Source: an uncultured Acidobacteriota bacterium
GTDB taxonomy: Bacteria; Acidobacteriota; Thermoanaerobaculia; Multivoradales; UBA5704
Reading direction: 5' to 3'
Assembly (NCBI GenBank): GCA_963770895.1
Contig: CAVYRF010000002.1
Span: 2,592,001 to 2,656,000 of the forward strand
DNA length: 64,000 nt
Under the pieces are notes generated by a model, which ran no database searches, had not been told where the DNA came from, and saw only the letters and a program-made list of their open reading frames with translations. This document shows, one piece after another, positions 40,211-51,602 of the stretch. A program made the translations under genes and the position numbers. Numbering within the stretch: position 1 is the first letter of the stretch; every line of letters begins with the position of its first letter.

Positions 40211-40654
40211 TCAGGCGATGGCGATGTGGCGCGGCTTCGCCTGCTCCGCCTTGGGGACGACGATCGACAGCACGCCGTTGTCGAACTTGGCTTCCACCTT
40301 GTCCGAGCTCACCTGGTGCGGCAGGGCGAAGGAGCGGGCGAAGGTGCCGTAGACGCGCTCGATGCGATGGTAGCTGTCCTGCTTGACGTCCTTTTCGAAC
40401 TTGCGCTCGCCCGATACGCGCAGCACGTTGTTCTCCAGCGTGATCTGGACGTCGTCCTTCTTGAGGCCGGGCAGCTCGGCATGGATGCGATACGCCTCGT
40501 CGGTTTCCTGGATGTCCACCGGCGGCGTCCAGGTGCGGCCGGCAACGTCCTCGCCGTGGTGGGCGTCGGACAGGTAGGTGTCGAAGAGGCGGAAGAACGG
40601 CTCGCGGAAGGCGGCCTGCTGCGACGGGGTCCAACGGGTCATGGTGGAAAGCAT
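40211..40654 (-). CDS. Hsp20/alpha-crystallin small heat shock protein
   Basis: AAGGAGG RBS; PPVDI.ET, AELPG, SGERK, ERVYGTFARSF.LP, FDNGVL.I.VPK. Confidence 0.96.
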   Translation of the reverse strand: MLSTMTRWTPSQQAAFREPFFRLFDTYLSDAHHGEDVAGRTWTPPVDIQETDEAYRIHAELPGLKKDDVQITLENNVLRVSGERKFEKDVKQDSYHRIERVYGTFARSFALPHQVSSDKVEAKFDNGVLSIVVPKAEQAKPRHIAIA

Positions 40655-40720
40655 GGTGATCCTCCTTGGCTTTGTCGTTAGGGGTCAGATCTCAGCTTAT
40701 CTGACTCAATCTTGATGATC

Positions 40721-40749
40721 ATGATAGATTGCCACTAAGATCTTGTCAA
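40721..40749 (-). promoter_or_regulatory. Near-consensus sigma-70 promoter of hsp20
   Basis: TTGACA-N17-TATCAT on the minus strand. Confidence 0.75.
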
Positions 40750-40841
40750 CAGCCCTTGTCGTGGATCTTAGTGTTTCTCAGTCAGACATTAGAACCAGCC
40801 TTGGCGTAGATTTATTCGCGAGAACCCAAGGAGACCCCCCG

Positions 40842-40997
40842 ATGGCCACCCCCGAGTACCTGGTCTGCCTCGAGTGCGAGACCCCCTGCTACGAGTTCGA
40901 ATGGAAGGACGGCAAGATCAGCAACGTGCTCTGCGTGAGCTGCGGCAACGAGGACCCCGAGCAGTTCGCGATGCCCGAAGACATCGAGGGCTACTGA
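40842..40997 (+). CDS. Small acidic CxxC...CxxC (zinc-ribbon-like) protein, 51 aa
   Basis: AAGGAG RBS; MATPEYLVCLECETPCYEFEWKDGKISNVLCVSCGNEDPEQF; strong GC3 codon bias. Confidence 0.8.
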   Translation: MATPEYLVCLECETPCYEFEWKDGKISNVLCVSCGNEDPEQFAMPEDIEGY

Positions 40998-41012
40998 ACC
41001 GGGCGGGGCCGG

Positions 41013-41891
41013 TCAGGCGAGCGGCAGGTCGCGGCGGACCTGCCGCAAGGTCGCCGCGAGCTGCCGCGGGCATTCCTGATGGACGGCGTGGCCGCAGCCC
41101 GGCAGGACGTAGAGCGGCGCATGGTGTGCCGCCGCCGCCATGGCGCGGGCGGTCTTGAGGGTGAACAGGCCGTCGTGCTCGCCCCAGATCATCGCCACCG
41201 GCATGCCCAGCTGCGCCAGGTGGCGCCGCCGGTAGGTGTCGCGCTCGTTGAGCATGGACAGCAGGTTGCGCACGCTGGGCGAGGTGTAGGCGCGCAGGAA
41301 GGCGGGCTGCGAGCGCCGCATGATCCAGGGTGCGCGGTGGTACAGCGCACGGTAGAGCCGCCGCACGCCGCCCAGGTCCTGGACCCGCACCAGGCCGCCG
41401 ATGCGGTCCCAATCCTGCCAGCGGTACCCGGCGGCGTCGATCAGCACCAGCCGCGCCACCAGGTCGGGGCGCTCCTGGGCCAGGCGCATCGCCATCCAGC
41501 CGCCCATGCTCAGACCGGCGACGCTGACCGGACCGCCGTCCAGCTCCTGCTCGATCAGCTGTGCCGCCAGCCGGGCGCCTTGCGCGACGTCCAGCCCGGC
41601 CTTGGGCGCACGGGTGCCGCCCAGCGCCGACAGCTCCGGCACGATCACCCGGCAGTGGTTCCCCAGGCCCGGCAGCACGCGCCCCCAGCTGGCCGCCACC
41701 GACCCCAGCCCATGCAGCAGCAGCCACGGTTCGCCGTCCGGCCCGCCGCGATCGATGCGGTAATAGATCGCCGACACCTCGCCGTCGTCCAACACCCGGC
41801 GGCGAGCGCCGGCGAGCATGAGGTAGAGGGTGCTTGCGAGCAGGTAGAAGCGCAGCAGCACGGCGGCAGGATACCGCACGCCCCCTCTCAT
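41013..41891 (-). CDS. Alpha/beta hydrolase
   Basis: LLLHGLG, nucleophile elbow GLSMGG, IWGEHD, GCGH; start uncertain. Confidence 0.88.
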   Translation of the reverse strand: MRGGVRYPAAVLLRFYLLASTLYLMLAGARRRVLDDGEVSAIYYRIDRGGPDGEPWLLLHGLGSVAASWGRVLPGLGNHCRVIVPELSALGGTRAPKAGLDVAQGARLAAQLIEQELDGGPVSVAGLSMGGWMAMRLAQERPDLVARLVLIDAAGYRWQDWDRIGGLVRVQDLGGVRRLYRALYHRAPWIMRRSQPAFLRAYTSPSVRNLLSMLNERDTYRRRHLAQLGMPVAMIWGEHDGLFTLKTARAMAAAAHHAPLYVLPGCGHAVHQECPRQLAATLRQVRRDLPLA

Positions 41892-41905
41892 GCCATCTGG
41901 CGGCA

Positions 41906-43078
41906 CTAGTTCGGCCGCATCACCACCTTGATGCAGTGGTCCTGTTTGCGCTGGAAGGTGGCGTAGGCTTCGGCGCCCTGGTCCAAGGTCAGCCGGTGGG
42001 TGACGATCTGGGACGGGTCGATGCGGCCGGCGCGCACCAGCTCGAGCAGCGGCTTCATGTAGCGGTGGACGTGCGTCTGCCCCATCTTGAGGGTCAACCC
42101 CTTGGCGAAGGCGGCGCCCAGCGGCACCTTGTCGGCGACGCCGCCGTAGACGCCGGGGATCGACACCGTGCCGCCCTTGCCGCACGCCTGGATGGCCTGC
42201 CGCAGGGCGTGGATGCGGTCGGTGTCCAGATGCAGCATCTGCTTGGCCGAGTCGTACCGCGCATCCAGGGTGGCGCCGTGCGCCTCCATGCCGACCGCGT
42301 CGATGCAGGAGTCGGGGCCCCTGCCATCGGTCAGTTCGCGCAACGCGGCAAGCACGTCCACCTGCTCGTAGTCGAGGGTTTCGGCGCGGCCCCAGCCGTG
42401 CGCCAGCTGCAGGCGGTCGGCGAAGCGGTCGATGGCGATCACTCGCCCGGCACCCAGCAGCCAGGCGCTCTGGATGGCGAACTGGCCCACCGGCCCGCAC
42501 CCCCACACCGCCACCGTGTCGCCGGGTTGGATGGCGCAGTTCTCCGCCGCCATGTAGCCGGTGGGGAAGATGTCCGACAGGAACAGCGCCTGCTCGTCGC
42601 TCACGTCGTCCGGCACGCGCAGCGGCCCGACGTCGGCGAACGGCACCCGCACGTACTCGGCCTGTCCTCCCGCGTAGCCGCCCAGCAGGTGCGAATAGCC
42701 GAACAGGCCGGACGGCGAGTAGCCGTACAGCTTTTCGGCCATCCAGGCGTTGGGGTTGGAGTTGTCGCACAGCGACGACAGCCCCCGGCGGCAGCAGCCG
42801 CAGCGCCCGCAGGCGATGGTGAAAGGCACCACGACGCGGTCGCCGACCGCCAGGTTGGCCACTGCCGGGCCGACGTCGACCACTTCGCCCATGAACTCGT
42901 GGCCCAGGATGTCGCCCTTCTTCATGCTCGGGATGGCGCCGTCGTACAGGTGCAGATCGGAACCGCAGATGGCGGTCAGGGTGATCCGGATCACGGCATC
43001 CTGCGGGTTGAGGATGCCCGGATCGGGCACCGTTTCCAGGCGGATGTCGTGCTTACCGTTCCAGCACAGGGCTCGCAT
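41906..43078 (-). CDS. Zinc-dependent alcohol dehydrogenase (formaldehyde dehydrogenase-like, YbdR-like)
   Basis: ICGSDLH, GHEFMG, CGRCGCC...[15 protein letters not shown]. Confidence 0.93.
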   Translation of the reverse strand: MRALCWNGKHDIRLETVPDPGILNPQDAVIRITLTAICGSDLHLYDGAIPSMKKGDILGHEFMGEVVDVGPAVANLAVGDRVVVPFTIACGRCGCCRRGLSSLCDNSNPNAWMAEKLYGYSPSGLFGYSHLLGGYAGGQAEYVRVPFADVGPLRVPDDVSDEQALFLSDIFPTGYMAAENCAIQPGDTVAVWGCGPVGQFAIQSAWLLGAGRVIAIDRFADRLQLAHGWGRAETLDYEQVDVLAALRELTDGRGPDSCIDAVGMEAHGATLDARYDSAKQMLHLDTDRIHALRQAIQACGKGGTVSIPGVYGGVADKVPLGAAFAKGLTLKMGQTHVHRYMKPLLELVRAGRIDPSQIVTHRLTLDQGAEAYATFQRKQDHCIKVVMRPN

Positions 43079-43096
43079 CGCGTACCTCCGGGTCGC

Positions 43097-43900
43097 TCAG
43101 AAGGGGTTGTGCAGGTCCAGGGAGGCCCGCTCGCCGACCGCCTGGCCCTCCGTGGTCGGCACCTCGCCGGCCTCCATCAGGCACTTGAAGCGGCGCAGGT
43201 CTTCGCGCACCTGCTGCTCGGTGGCGGCGCGCAACGCCCGGCCCAGGGCGCGGCCGAAGCCGGCGCCGAACGGCATCACCTCCATGATCACCCGCACCAC
43301 CGCGCCGCGCCGCCCGGCGGGCGCCTCCCCCGCTGCGCCCGCGATGTCTTCGAAGAGCACCACGCCGGCGTTGTGGACCTGGGCGCCGGGCATCGAGCGC
43401 CACGACAGGAGCCTGCCGGGCAGGTCTTCGACGATCTCGGCGTCCCACTGCGGGTGCAGGCCGAAATGCAGGTGTCCCACCCAATGCGAATGGCCGTCGC
43501 CGTCCTCGCTGACCGATTGCAGCCCGTGCATGAAGCGAGGCAGGTTGTCGAGCTTGCGCCAGAAGGCATACAGGTCGGCGGCCGGGCGCTCGATCGTGAC
43601 CCCCGCCTCCACCTCGATCGGCGCCGCGGCCAGCGCCGCCATTCCCTTGGTCACCGGCCAGTGGCCGGTCAGCCCGCGGTAGACCAGCGGCGCGCCGGCG
43701 AGCGCCAGCCCCAGGCCGAGCAGCGGCCGGCGGCGGCCCGCAAGGCCCAGCAGCGCCGCGCCGCCGACGGTTGCCGCCACCCGCTCGGCGGCGCGCGCCG
43801 CGCGATCCGTGGCGCGCTGGCGCCGCCGGCTCCGTCCTCCCAGCTCGCCGGGCAGAGCAGGCAGTGCAGCAGAAGGAAAGGTAGGAGTCGCTACGGTCAC
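43097..43900 (-). CDS. SRPBCC (polyketide cyclase-like) protein with N-terminal membrane hairpin
   Basis: AAGGAGG then GTG 43900; YRGLTGH; [14 protein letters not shown]; WDAEI; WRS; [16 protein letters not shown]. Confidence 0.87.
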   Translation of the reverse strand: MTVATPTFPSAALPALPGELGGRSRRRQRATDRAARAAERVAATVGGAALLGLAGRRRPLLGLGLALAGAPLVYRGLTGHWPVTKGMAALAAAPIEVEAGVTIERPAADLYAFWRKLDNLPRFMHGLQSVSEDGDGHSHWVGHLHFGLHPQWDAEIVEDLPGRLLSWRSMPGAQVHNAGVVLFEDIAGAAGEAPAGRRGAVVRVIMEVMPFGAGFGRALGRALRAATEQQVREDLRRFKCLMEAGEVPTTEGQAVGERASLDLHNPF

Positions 43901-43954
43901 AGGTACCTCCTTGTCGTCCTGGTCGCCCCAGGCCAGCCCAAGCCCCGAGCAAAC

Positions 43955-43969
43955 GCAAGGCGCGTGCCA
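43955..43969 (-). promoter_or_regulatory. Consensus sigma-54 promoter of the SRPBCC-ADH-hydrolase operon
   Basis: TGGCAC-GCGCC-TTGC, 55 nt upstream of the GTG. Confidence 0.75.
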
Positions 43970-44121
43970 CTCACCCCTGCGCCGCCCCTGCGCCGCCTGC
44001 GCCGTCCGGCCGTTGGGGGACCGGTCCGACTCCGCTACCATTGGCGGGTTGGGAGCACCCGGCCGCGGCTGCCCGCATCGCCGCGCCTTGTCGAGGACCG
44101 GAAAGGACCAGAGAGGAGACC

Positions 44122-45537
<1,416 letters not shown>

Positions 45538-46635
45538 AGCCACGGAGCCGCAAGACGCCGGCCGCCGGGTGCTGCACTGCGACATGGACTGTTTCTATGC
45601 CGCGGTGCACATGCGCGACGACCCCGCGCTGGCCGGCCTGCCGGTGGTGATCGGCGGCCTGCCCGAATCGCGCGGGGTGGTCGCCGCCGCCAGCTACGAG
45701 GCCCGCCGCTTCGGCATTCATTCGGCCATGCCCTCGTCGCAGGCGCGCCGCCTGTGCGCCGACGTGATCTTCGTGCCGCCCGACTTTCGTCGCTACCACC
45801 GCGAGTCGGAGCAGATCTTCGCCATCTACCGGGAGTTCACGACGGTCGTCCAGGCGGTGTCGATCGACGAGGCGTATCTGGACGTGACCGGCCGGCTGGA
45901 GCCGTTCGGCACCGCCACCGCCCTGGCGCAGGAGATCCGCCGCCGGGTGCGCCAGGAGCGCCGGCTGACGGTCAGCGTCGGCGTCGGACCCAACCGCCTG
46001 ATCGCCAAGATCGCCTCGGACTTCAAGAAGCCGGACGGCCTGACCGTGGTGCCGCCGCGGCGCGTCCTGGGCTTTCTCGAGCCGCTGCCGGTGCGGCGCC
46101 TGCACGGCGTCGGCCCCGCCACCGAAAAGGCGCTTGCCGAGCTGGGCGTGGAGACCGTCGGCGACCTGCGCCTGCACAGCCTGGATGCGCTTTTGGCGCG
46201 CTTCGGGCGCCATGGGCGCACCCTCTACGAATTCGCGCGCGGCATCGACGCCCGGCCGGTCGAAACCCACGGCGAACGCAAGAGCCTGGGCGTCGAAAAC
46301 ACCTACAGCCGCGACCTGGCCGGCCGCGAAGCGATGGTCGCCGAGCTGCAGCGCATGGCCGGCGAAGTGGCCGCCTCGCTGGCGCGCCGCGACATGGCCT
46401 GCCGCACGGTGACGATCAAGGTGCGCTACGGCGACTTCACCACCCTCACCCGCTCCCGCACCCACGCCGCGCCGGTCGCGGACGCCGCCGTCATCGCCGG
46501 CTGCGCCCTGGAGCTGCTGGGGCGCACCGACGCGCCGCGCCGTCCGGTGCGCCTGCTGGGCGTCACCGCTTCCAACCTGGTGCTGGGCTCGGCGGCCCAG
46601 CTTCTGCTCTTCGGCTGAGCGCTGCGGCTGAGCGT

Positions 46636-46690
46636 GGCGCGGCGGTGGCAGCGGCGGCGGTGGCAGCGGCGGCGGTGGCAGCGGCAGTGG
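46636..46690. repeat. Intergenic 15-bp tandem repeat (GCGGCGGCGGTGGCA), about 3.5 copies
   Basis: Exact copies at 46651-46665 and 46666-46680, imperfect copies on both sides. Confidence 0.8.
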
Positions 46691-46729
46691 GCACCGCCGG
46701 CACAGCTCTTGCTTGCCTGAGAAACCCAC

Positions 46730-47891
46730 ATGCGCCTCGAGCCCGCCGTGCCTCCGCCGCCGTCTCCCCCGGTGGAGGACCGCGAGCCGGAAGGCGAAAA
46801 CGGCCTGCCCCGGCCCAACCTGGACAAGCTGAACCAGGCGATCCAGCAGCCGCTGCAATCGATGGCGGTCACCGGCCTGTTCGTGCTGGCGTCGTTCTAC
46901 ACCCTCTATTTCTGCCGCTCGCTGCTGTTGCCGCTGGTGATGGCGGGGCTGTTTTCGCTGCTGCTGTCGCCGCTGGTGCGCACGCTCAAGCGGCTGAAGA
47001 TCCCCGAACCGGTGAGCGCCGGCCTGGTGATCCTGGCGCTGCTCGCCGCCCTGGGTTTTGGCATCTATGGCCTGTCGGGCCCGGCTTCCGATTGGATCCA
47101 GCGCGCGCCGCAGAGCATGCGCAGCCTGCAGGTCAAGCTGCACGATCTGCAGCGCTCGGTGCAGCGCCTGGGGCGGGCCACCGAACAGATGGAAAAGATC
47201 GCCGACGTCAGCGGCACCGTCGAGCCGCGGCCGCCGGCGGTCGTGCAGGCGACGCCCAGCTTGCGCGAGCGCCTGTTCGACCGCGCTACCGACCTGGTGA
47301 CCGACGGCGTCGTGATGGTCATCCTGCTGTACTTCCTGCTGGCTTCGGGCGACCTGTTCCTGCGCAAGCTGATCCGCATGTTGCCGCGTCTGGCGGACAA
47401 GCGGCGGGCGGTCGAGATCGCCCGCCAGGTGGAGCGCGACATCTCCGCCTACCTGAGCACCGTGACGCTGATCAACCTGGGGCTGGGCGCCGGCGTCGCG
47501 CTCGGCTTCACCCTGCTGCGTGTGCCGAACCCGCTGCTCTGGGGCGCCATGGTGGCGCTGTTCAACTACGTGCCCTACCTGGGACCGGCGCTCGACTACG
47601 CGATCTTCACCATGGTGGGGGTGCTCACCTTCGCCACCGTGCCGCGGATGCTGGCGCCGGTCGGCCTGTTCCTGGTGCTCAACGTGCTGGAGGCCTACCT
47701 CTTCACGCCGATGATCCTGGGCCGGCGGCTGACCCTCAATCCGGTCGTCCTCTTCGTCGGCCTCACCTTCTGGGGCTGGAATGTGGGGGATCGTGGGAGC
47801 CATCCTGGCCGTCCCCATCATGGCCGTCATCAAGATCTTCTGCGACCACATCGAGCCGCTGGCGCCGCTCGGCGAGTTCCTGGGCTGGTAG
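46730..47891 (+). pseudogene. AI-2E family transporter with a +1 frameshift near the 3' end (or sequencing error)
   Basis: LFNYVPYLGP and TPMILGRRLTLNP motifs; removing one A at 47780-47781 restores FWGWMWGIVGAILAVPIMAVIKIFCDHIEPLAPLGEFLGW* ending at 47891. Confidence 0.85.
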
Positions 47892-47924
47892 GCGGGCGCG
47901 CGCGGCAGAGATAAGTGCGGGGCG

Positions 47925-48305
47925 CTAGCTCTCGTCGGATTCCCAGCGCTCGATGTCGCGGCGGTCCTTCTTGGTCGGGCGTCCGGCGCCGGTTTCGCGC
48001 CGCGACGGTGGGCGCCGCAGCAGCCGCTGCAGCGGATCGGGCGCCGGCCGCGGCCCGCTCAGGTCCTCGTACAGCCCCGCCGCTTCGGCCTTGGCCACCG
48101 GCCGGTCGCGCAGCTCGCGCACCGTCAGGACGCGCTCCCAATCCCCCTGCGTCAGCTCGACGCGGTCGCCGGGCGCCAGCTGGCGGTGCGCCTTTGCCGC
48201 CTGGCCGTTGACCTTGACCCGCCCCAGCTCGCAGGCATGCGTCGCCTGCGTACGCGTCTTGAACATCCGCGCCACCTGCAGCCACTTATCCAGGCGCACC
48301 GGCAT
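47925..48305 (-). CDS. hslR: RNA-binding S4 domain protein, Hsp15/HslR-like
   Basis: VRLDKWL...FKTR..A...C..GRVKVNG...GRPTKKDRR. Confidence 0.9.
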   Translation of the reverse strand: MPVRLDKWLQVARMFKTRTQATHACELGRVKVNGQAAKAHRQLAPGDRVELTQGDWERVLTVRELRDRPVAKAEAAGLYEDLSGPRPAPDPLQRLLRRPPSRRETGAGRPTKKDRRDIERWESDES

Positions 48306-48344
48306 GGCCGCGAGTCTATCGCGGCGGGGGAGCCGCGGGCCGGT

Positions 48345-49868
48345 TCAAGGGTCGTCGTGCTCGCCGGGCGCCGGCGCGGCAGGCCAGGCGGCGCGGACGA
48401 CAAACGACGCGCGGCGCAAGGCAGCCGGCCAGGCGGTGGGGGAGGTCCGCAATGCCACCCCATAATCGGAGAGCCTCTGCGGCCAGGGGTACGGGGCCGG
48501 CGGCGGGGCCAGGACGCCGATCGCGGCAAAGAACAGCGCATAGCCGGCGGCGCCGGCCAGCCCCACGGCCCACATGGCCAGCCGCCGGCCCGGCCGCAGG
48601 ACCTGGGCAAACCCCAGGGCGCAGGCGGGCAACGCGTCGGTCATGAACCGCTGGCCGTAGCCGCCGGTATTCGCCCACTCCGACCAGCAGCCATGGAGCG
48701 CCGCCACCGCCACAAACCAGGTCAACCCGATCAGGCCCCAGCGGCGCCAGTCGGCGGTCGCGGTGGCCTCCGGGTCAGCTGGAGTCCTGCATTCGCGTGG
48801 GAGAGGTGCCGCTGCCAGGGTGGTGTTGGTTTGGTCGACGCCGGTCGATCCGGCCGCCATAGCGCTGGCCTGATTCCGCTTGCGCAGCGTGGCCGCCACC
48901 AGGCCCGCGACCGCCAGCAGCAGCGCCGGGTGGAACAGGAACAGGCCGTGGACCGGCGCGGCCAGGACGTTCCAGGGCGACGCCCAGGTGAAGTGAAAGG
49001 TCCCGCCGTACGGCGGCGCCAGCCAGCTGCCGAAGATCGCCCGGTTCCACAGCGGCAGGACGGCGCAGGGCAGCGTGGCGGCTGCGGCCATGAACACCGC
49101 GCGCCGCCGGCCGCCCGCGGGCACTGCCACGAGCGCCGCCGGAAACAGCGCCACCGCGTCGTAGCGCACCAGGATTGCGACGCCCAGCGCCAACCCTGCC
49201 GCCGCCGCTCGCCCGGCATCGAGCGCCAAACCTGCCCGTCGCGCCGCCGGTGTGCCGCGCGCGCGTTCCGCCACCGCGCCGTCGCGCAGGCGCACCAGCA
49301 GGAGCAGCAGCAGCGACGCCAGCGCGAAGGCGGGCGCGTGGGTCATGCCGACCAGGGAGTAGAAGACCAGGGGGCCGCCAAAGAAGGTCGCTGCCAGCGC
49401 GGCCGCCGTCCGCGGCCCGGCGCAGCCCAGCCGCCGCAGGGCCGCTGCAATCCAGAGCAACCCCAGGAGCACCGCCAGGTTGCGCGCCAGGACGATGGCG
49501 GCGGCGCTCAGGAACACGCCGCGCGGCACCCGCCCCACCGGCGGCAGCACGACGCCCCGCGCGGCCAGGGACGCCGGCAGCAGCGCGTCGGCCAGGCGGC
49601 CGCAAAGATAAGGCAGGGCATCCAGCGCCAGGATTCCGGGCGGGTACTGCGCCACCAGGTGCCCGGCAGGCGTCCGCACCAGGCCGTTGGGGACGCCGGG
49701 GGGCTGGCGTTCGAGCCAGATGGCGCCGTGGTCGCAGAGCGCGCCCAGCTCGGCGAACGTCGCCCACCCGTCGCCCCCCAGCCCGCGGTCGAACACCGCC
49801 ATGTGGGCCGCCGCCAGGGCCAGGACCAGGCCCACCCACCGCCACGCTCGAGGCAAGGAGAGCCGCAT
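48345..49868 (-). CDS. Polytopic membrane protein, possible GT-C fold glycosyltransferase
   Basis: Many TMs; N-terminal loop GGDG...QYPPG; W.EW...GGYGQRF. Confidence 0.6.
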   Translation of the reverse strand: MRLSLPRAWRWVGLVLALAAAHMAVFDRGLGGDGWATFAELGALCDHGAIWLERQPPGVPNGLVRTPAGHLVAQYPPGILALDALPYLCGRLADALLPASLAARGVVLPPVGRVPRGVFLSAAAIVLARNLAVLLGLLWIAAALRRLGCAGPRTAAALAATFFGGPLVFYSLVGMTHAPAFALASLLLLLLVRLRDGAVAERARGTPAARRAGLALDAGRAAAAGLALGVAILVRYDAVALFPAALVAVPAGGRRRAVFMAAAATLPCAVLPLWNRAIFGSWLAPPYGGTFHFTWASPWNVLAAPVHGLFLFHPALLLAVAGLVAATLRKRNQASAMAAGSTGVDQTNTTLAAAPLPRECRTPADPEATATADWRRWGLIGLTWFVAVAALHGCWSEWANTGGYGQRFMTDALPACALGFAQVLRPGRRLAMWAVGLAGAAGYALFFAAIGVLAPPPAPYPWPQRLSDYGVALRTSPTAWPAALRRASFVVRAAWPAAPAPGEHDDP

Positions 49869-50000
49869 GCGCGAGGCAGTATAGCCGCCGGCCTCAGGCC
49901 TCTACGGCATCTGGCGCGGCCCACGCTGAAAAGCTCAGGAAGCTGGTCGACCGCCTGCAGGTGGTGCCGCTGGCGTGCTGCCTGGGGTTAAGCTCATCCC

Positions 50001-50360
50001 ATGCGAGTCCCGCCCGAGGAGTTCGAGCAGCTGGTGGCGCGTGCGCTGGACGGTCTGCCGGAGGAGTTTGCGGCGATGCTGGAAAACGTCGCCGTGGTGG
50101 TCGAAGAGGAACCCGACCCCGAGGACCTGGAAGCGCTCGACATGGAGCCGGACGAAGAGCTGTTCGGCCTCTATCAGGGGGTGCCGCTGCCCGAGCGCAG
50201 CGCCGGCTACTCCGTGCTTCCCGACCGCATCGCCATCTACCGCGGCCCCATCCTGCGCTCCTGCCGCGACCGCCGCGAAGTCATCCGCGAAGTCCGCGAC
50301 ACCGTGGTCCACGAGCTGGGCCACTATTTCGGCCTGGAAGAAGACGACATGCCGTATTGA
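50001..50360 (+). CDS. Minimal zincin-like metallopeptidase
   Basis: LFGLYQG.PL..R, PDRI.IYR.P, TVVHELGHYFG. Confidence 0.9.
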   Translation: MRVPPEEFEQLVARALDGLPEEFAAMLENVAVVVEEEPDPEDLEALDMEPDEELFGLYQGVPLPERSAGYSVLPDRIAIYRGPILRSCRDRREVIREVRDTVVHELGHYFGLEEDDMPY

Positions 50361-50548
50361 GCGGGTTGCTGTTACTTTACAGTGTAAGGTCACCGGTGTA
50401 CAATGCAACGGGACGGCGACTCGTGACGTATTGGTAGAGGACGGGACGCTCTCCCGTAGGGGGGCTGGTGTCGGGAGATCTGATCCCGGCTCCGGCGCGT
50501 AGGACGACCAAGCGGGTACCGATGGGATCCAAGGCGAAAGAGGTGAGC

Positions 50549-51181
50549 ATGGCCAAACAAGGCGCTGACCACCAGAAAGGGTGGGACTTCGAAGCGGCGG
50601 CGATGCCGTTCGTGGACGCGCTCTACAATACTGCGTACCGCATGACCCGCAACGCTGAAGACGCCCAGGACCTGGTGCAGGAAACCTATCTGAAGGCGTA
50701 TCGCTATTACGACAAGTTTGAGGAAGGGACCAACTTCAAGGCCTGGCTGTTCAAGATCATGAAGAACACCTTCATCAACAACTACCGCAAGAAGCAGCAG
50801 ATGCCGGTGCACAGCGACTTTGCCGACATCGAAGAGTCGTTCGAGACGCAGGTGGCCGAAGACGCGGTGCGGCAGATCAAGAATCCCGAGCAGGAGCTGC
50901 TGGAAAACGTGCTCGACCAGGACGTCCAGCAGGCGATGGACAAGCTGCCTCCCGATTATCGGATGGTGGTCCTGCTGGCCGACCTGGAAGGCTTCTCCTA
51001 CAAGGAGATCGCCGAGATCCTCGAAGTGCCGGTCGGCACCGTGATGAGCCGTCTCTATCGTGGCCGCCGGCTGATGGAGGCCTCGATGCTGGAGTTCGCC
51101 CGCGAGCACGGCTATTTGCGTGAGCGCGAGCCGCTCAAGATGCGCAGCAGGAGCGGCGCCGGCCCCGCGGGATCAAAATGA
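50549..51181 (+). CDS. ECF RNA polymerase sigma factor (SigH/SigR-like)
   Basis: [53 protein letters not shown]. Confidence 0.95.
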   Translation: MAKQGADHQKGWDFEAAAMPFVDALYNTAYRMTRNAEDAQDLVQETYLKAYRYYDKFEEGTNFKAWLFKIMKNTFINNYRKKQQMPVHSDFADIEESFETQVAEDAVRQIKNPEQELLENVLDQDVQQAMDKLPPDYRMVVLLADLEGFSYKEIAEILEVPVGTVMSRLYRGRRLMEASMLEFAREHGYLREREPLKMRSRSGAGPAGSK

Positions 51182-51302
51182 ACGGGTGCCGGGCCAGGCA
51201 GCCCGCGCGCGTAGTGCAGGGCAGGGGTGGAGCGGAATAAGGGCCCGCGCGCGCGGGTTGACAAGCCCAGGAGCAGAGGCCCGTCGGCCCGGGAGGAAGG
51301 AG

Positions 51303-51551
51303 ATGGATTGCGAAGAGGTCAGCAAAGTCTTGTTCCTTTTTGTCGACAACGAAATGGAAGAGGATCTGCTGATCCTGTTTCGCGCGCACATGGAGCGCTG
51401 CTCCGGGTGCGCTGACAGGATCGTCTATACGCGCAAGCTCCTGCTGGTCGTCCGCGAGCGTTGCGTCCGTTGCGCCGCGCCGCACACCCTGCGCCGTCGC
51501 ATCCTGACCAGCCTGCCGCATCGCCGTGCCGACGACGCCGGCCCGCTGTAG
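51303..51551 (+). CDS. Zinc-binding anti-sigma factor (zf-HC2, RsrA/RshA-like)
   Basis: AGGAG RBS; MDCEEV..LFLFVDNE...HMERCSGC (Hx3Cx2C)...APHTLRRRI. Confidence 0.88.
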   Translation: MDCEEVSKVLFLFVDNEMEEDLLILFRAHMERCSGCADRIVYTRKLLLVVRERCVRCAAPHTLRRRILTSLPHRRADDAGPL

Positions 51552-51602
51552 GTACTCCTCGCCGCCACGCCGCCTTTCACGTCCTGCTCGCGTCCATCGC
51601 CA

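Noticed and set aside
46636-46690. CRISPR array or synthetic (G4S) linker
   Set aside because: No spacers or cas genes; imperfect copies in native intergenic context, not in frame with a gene.
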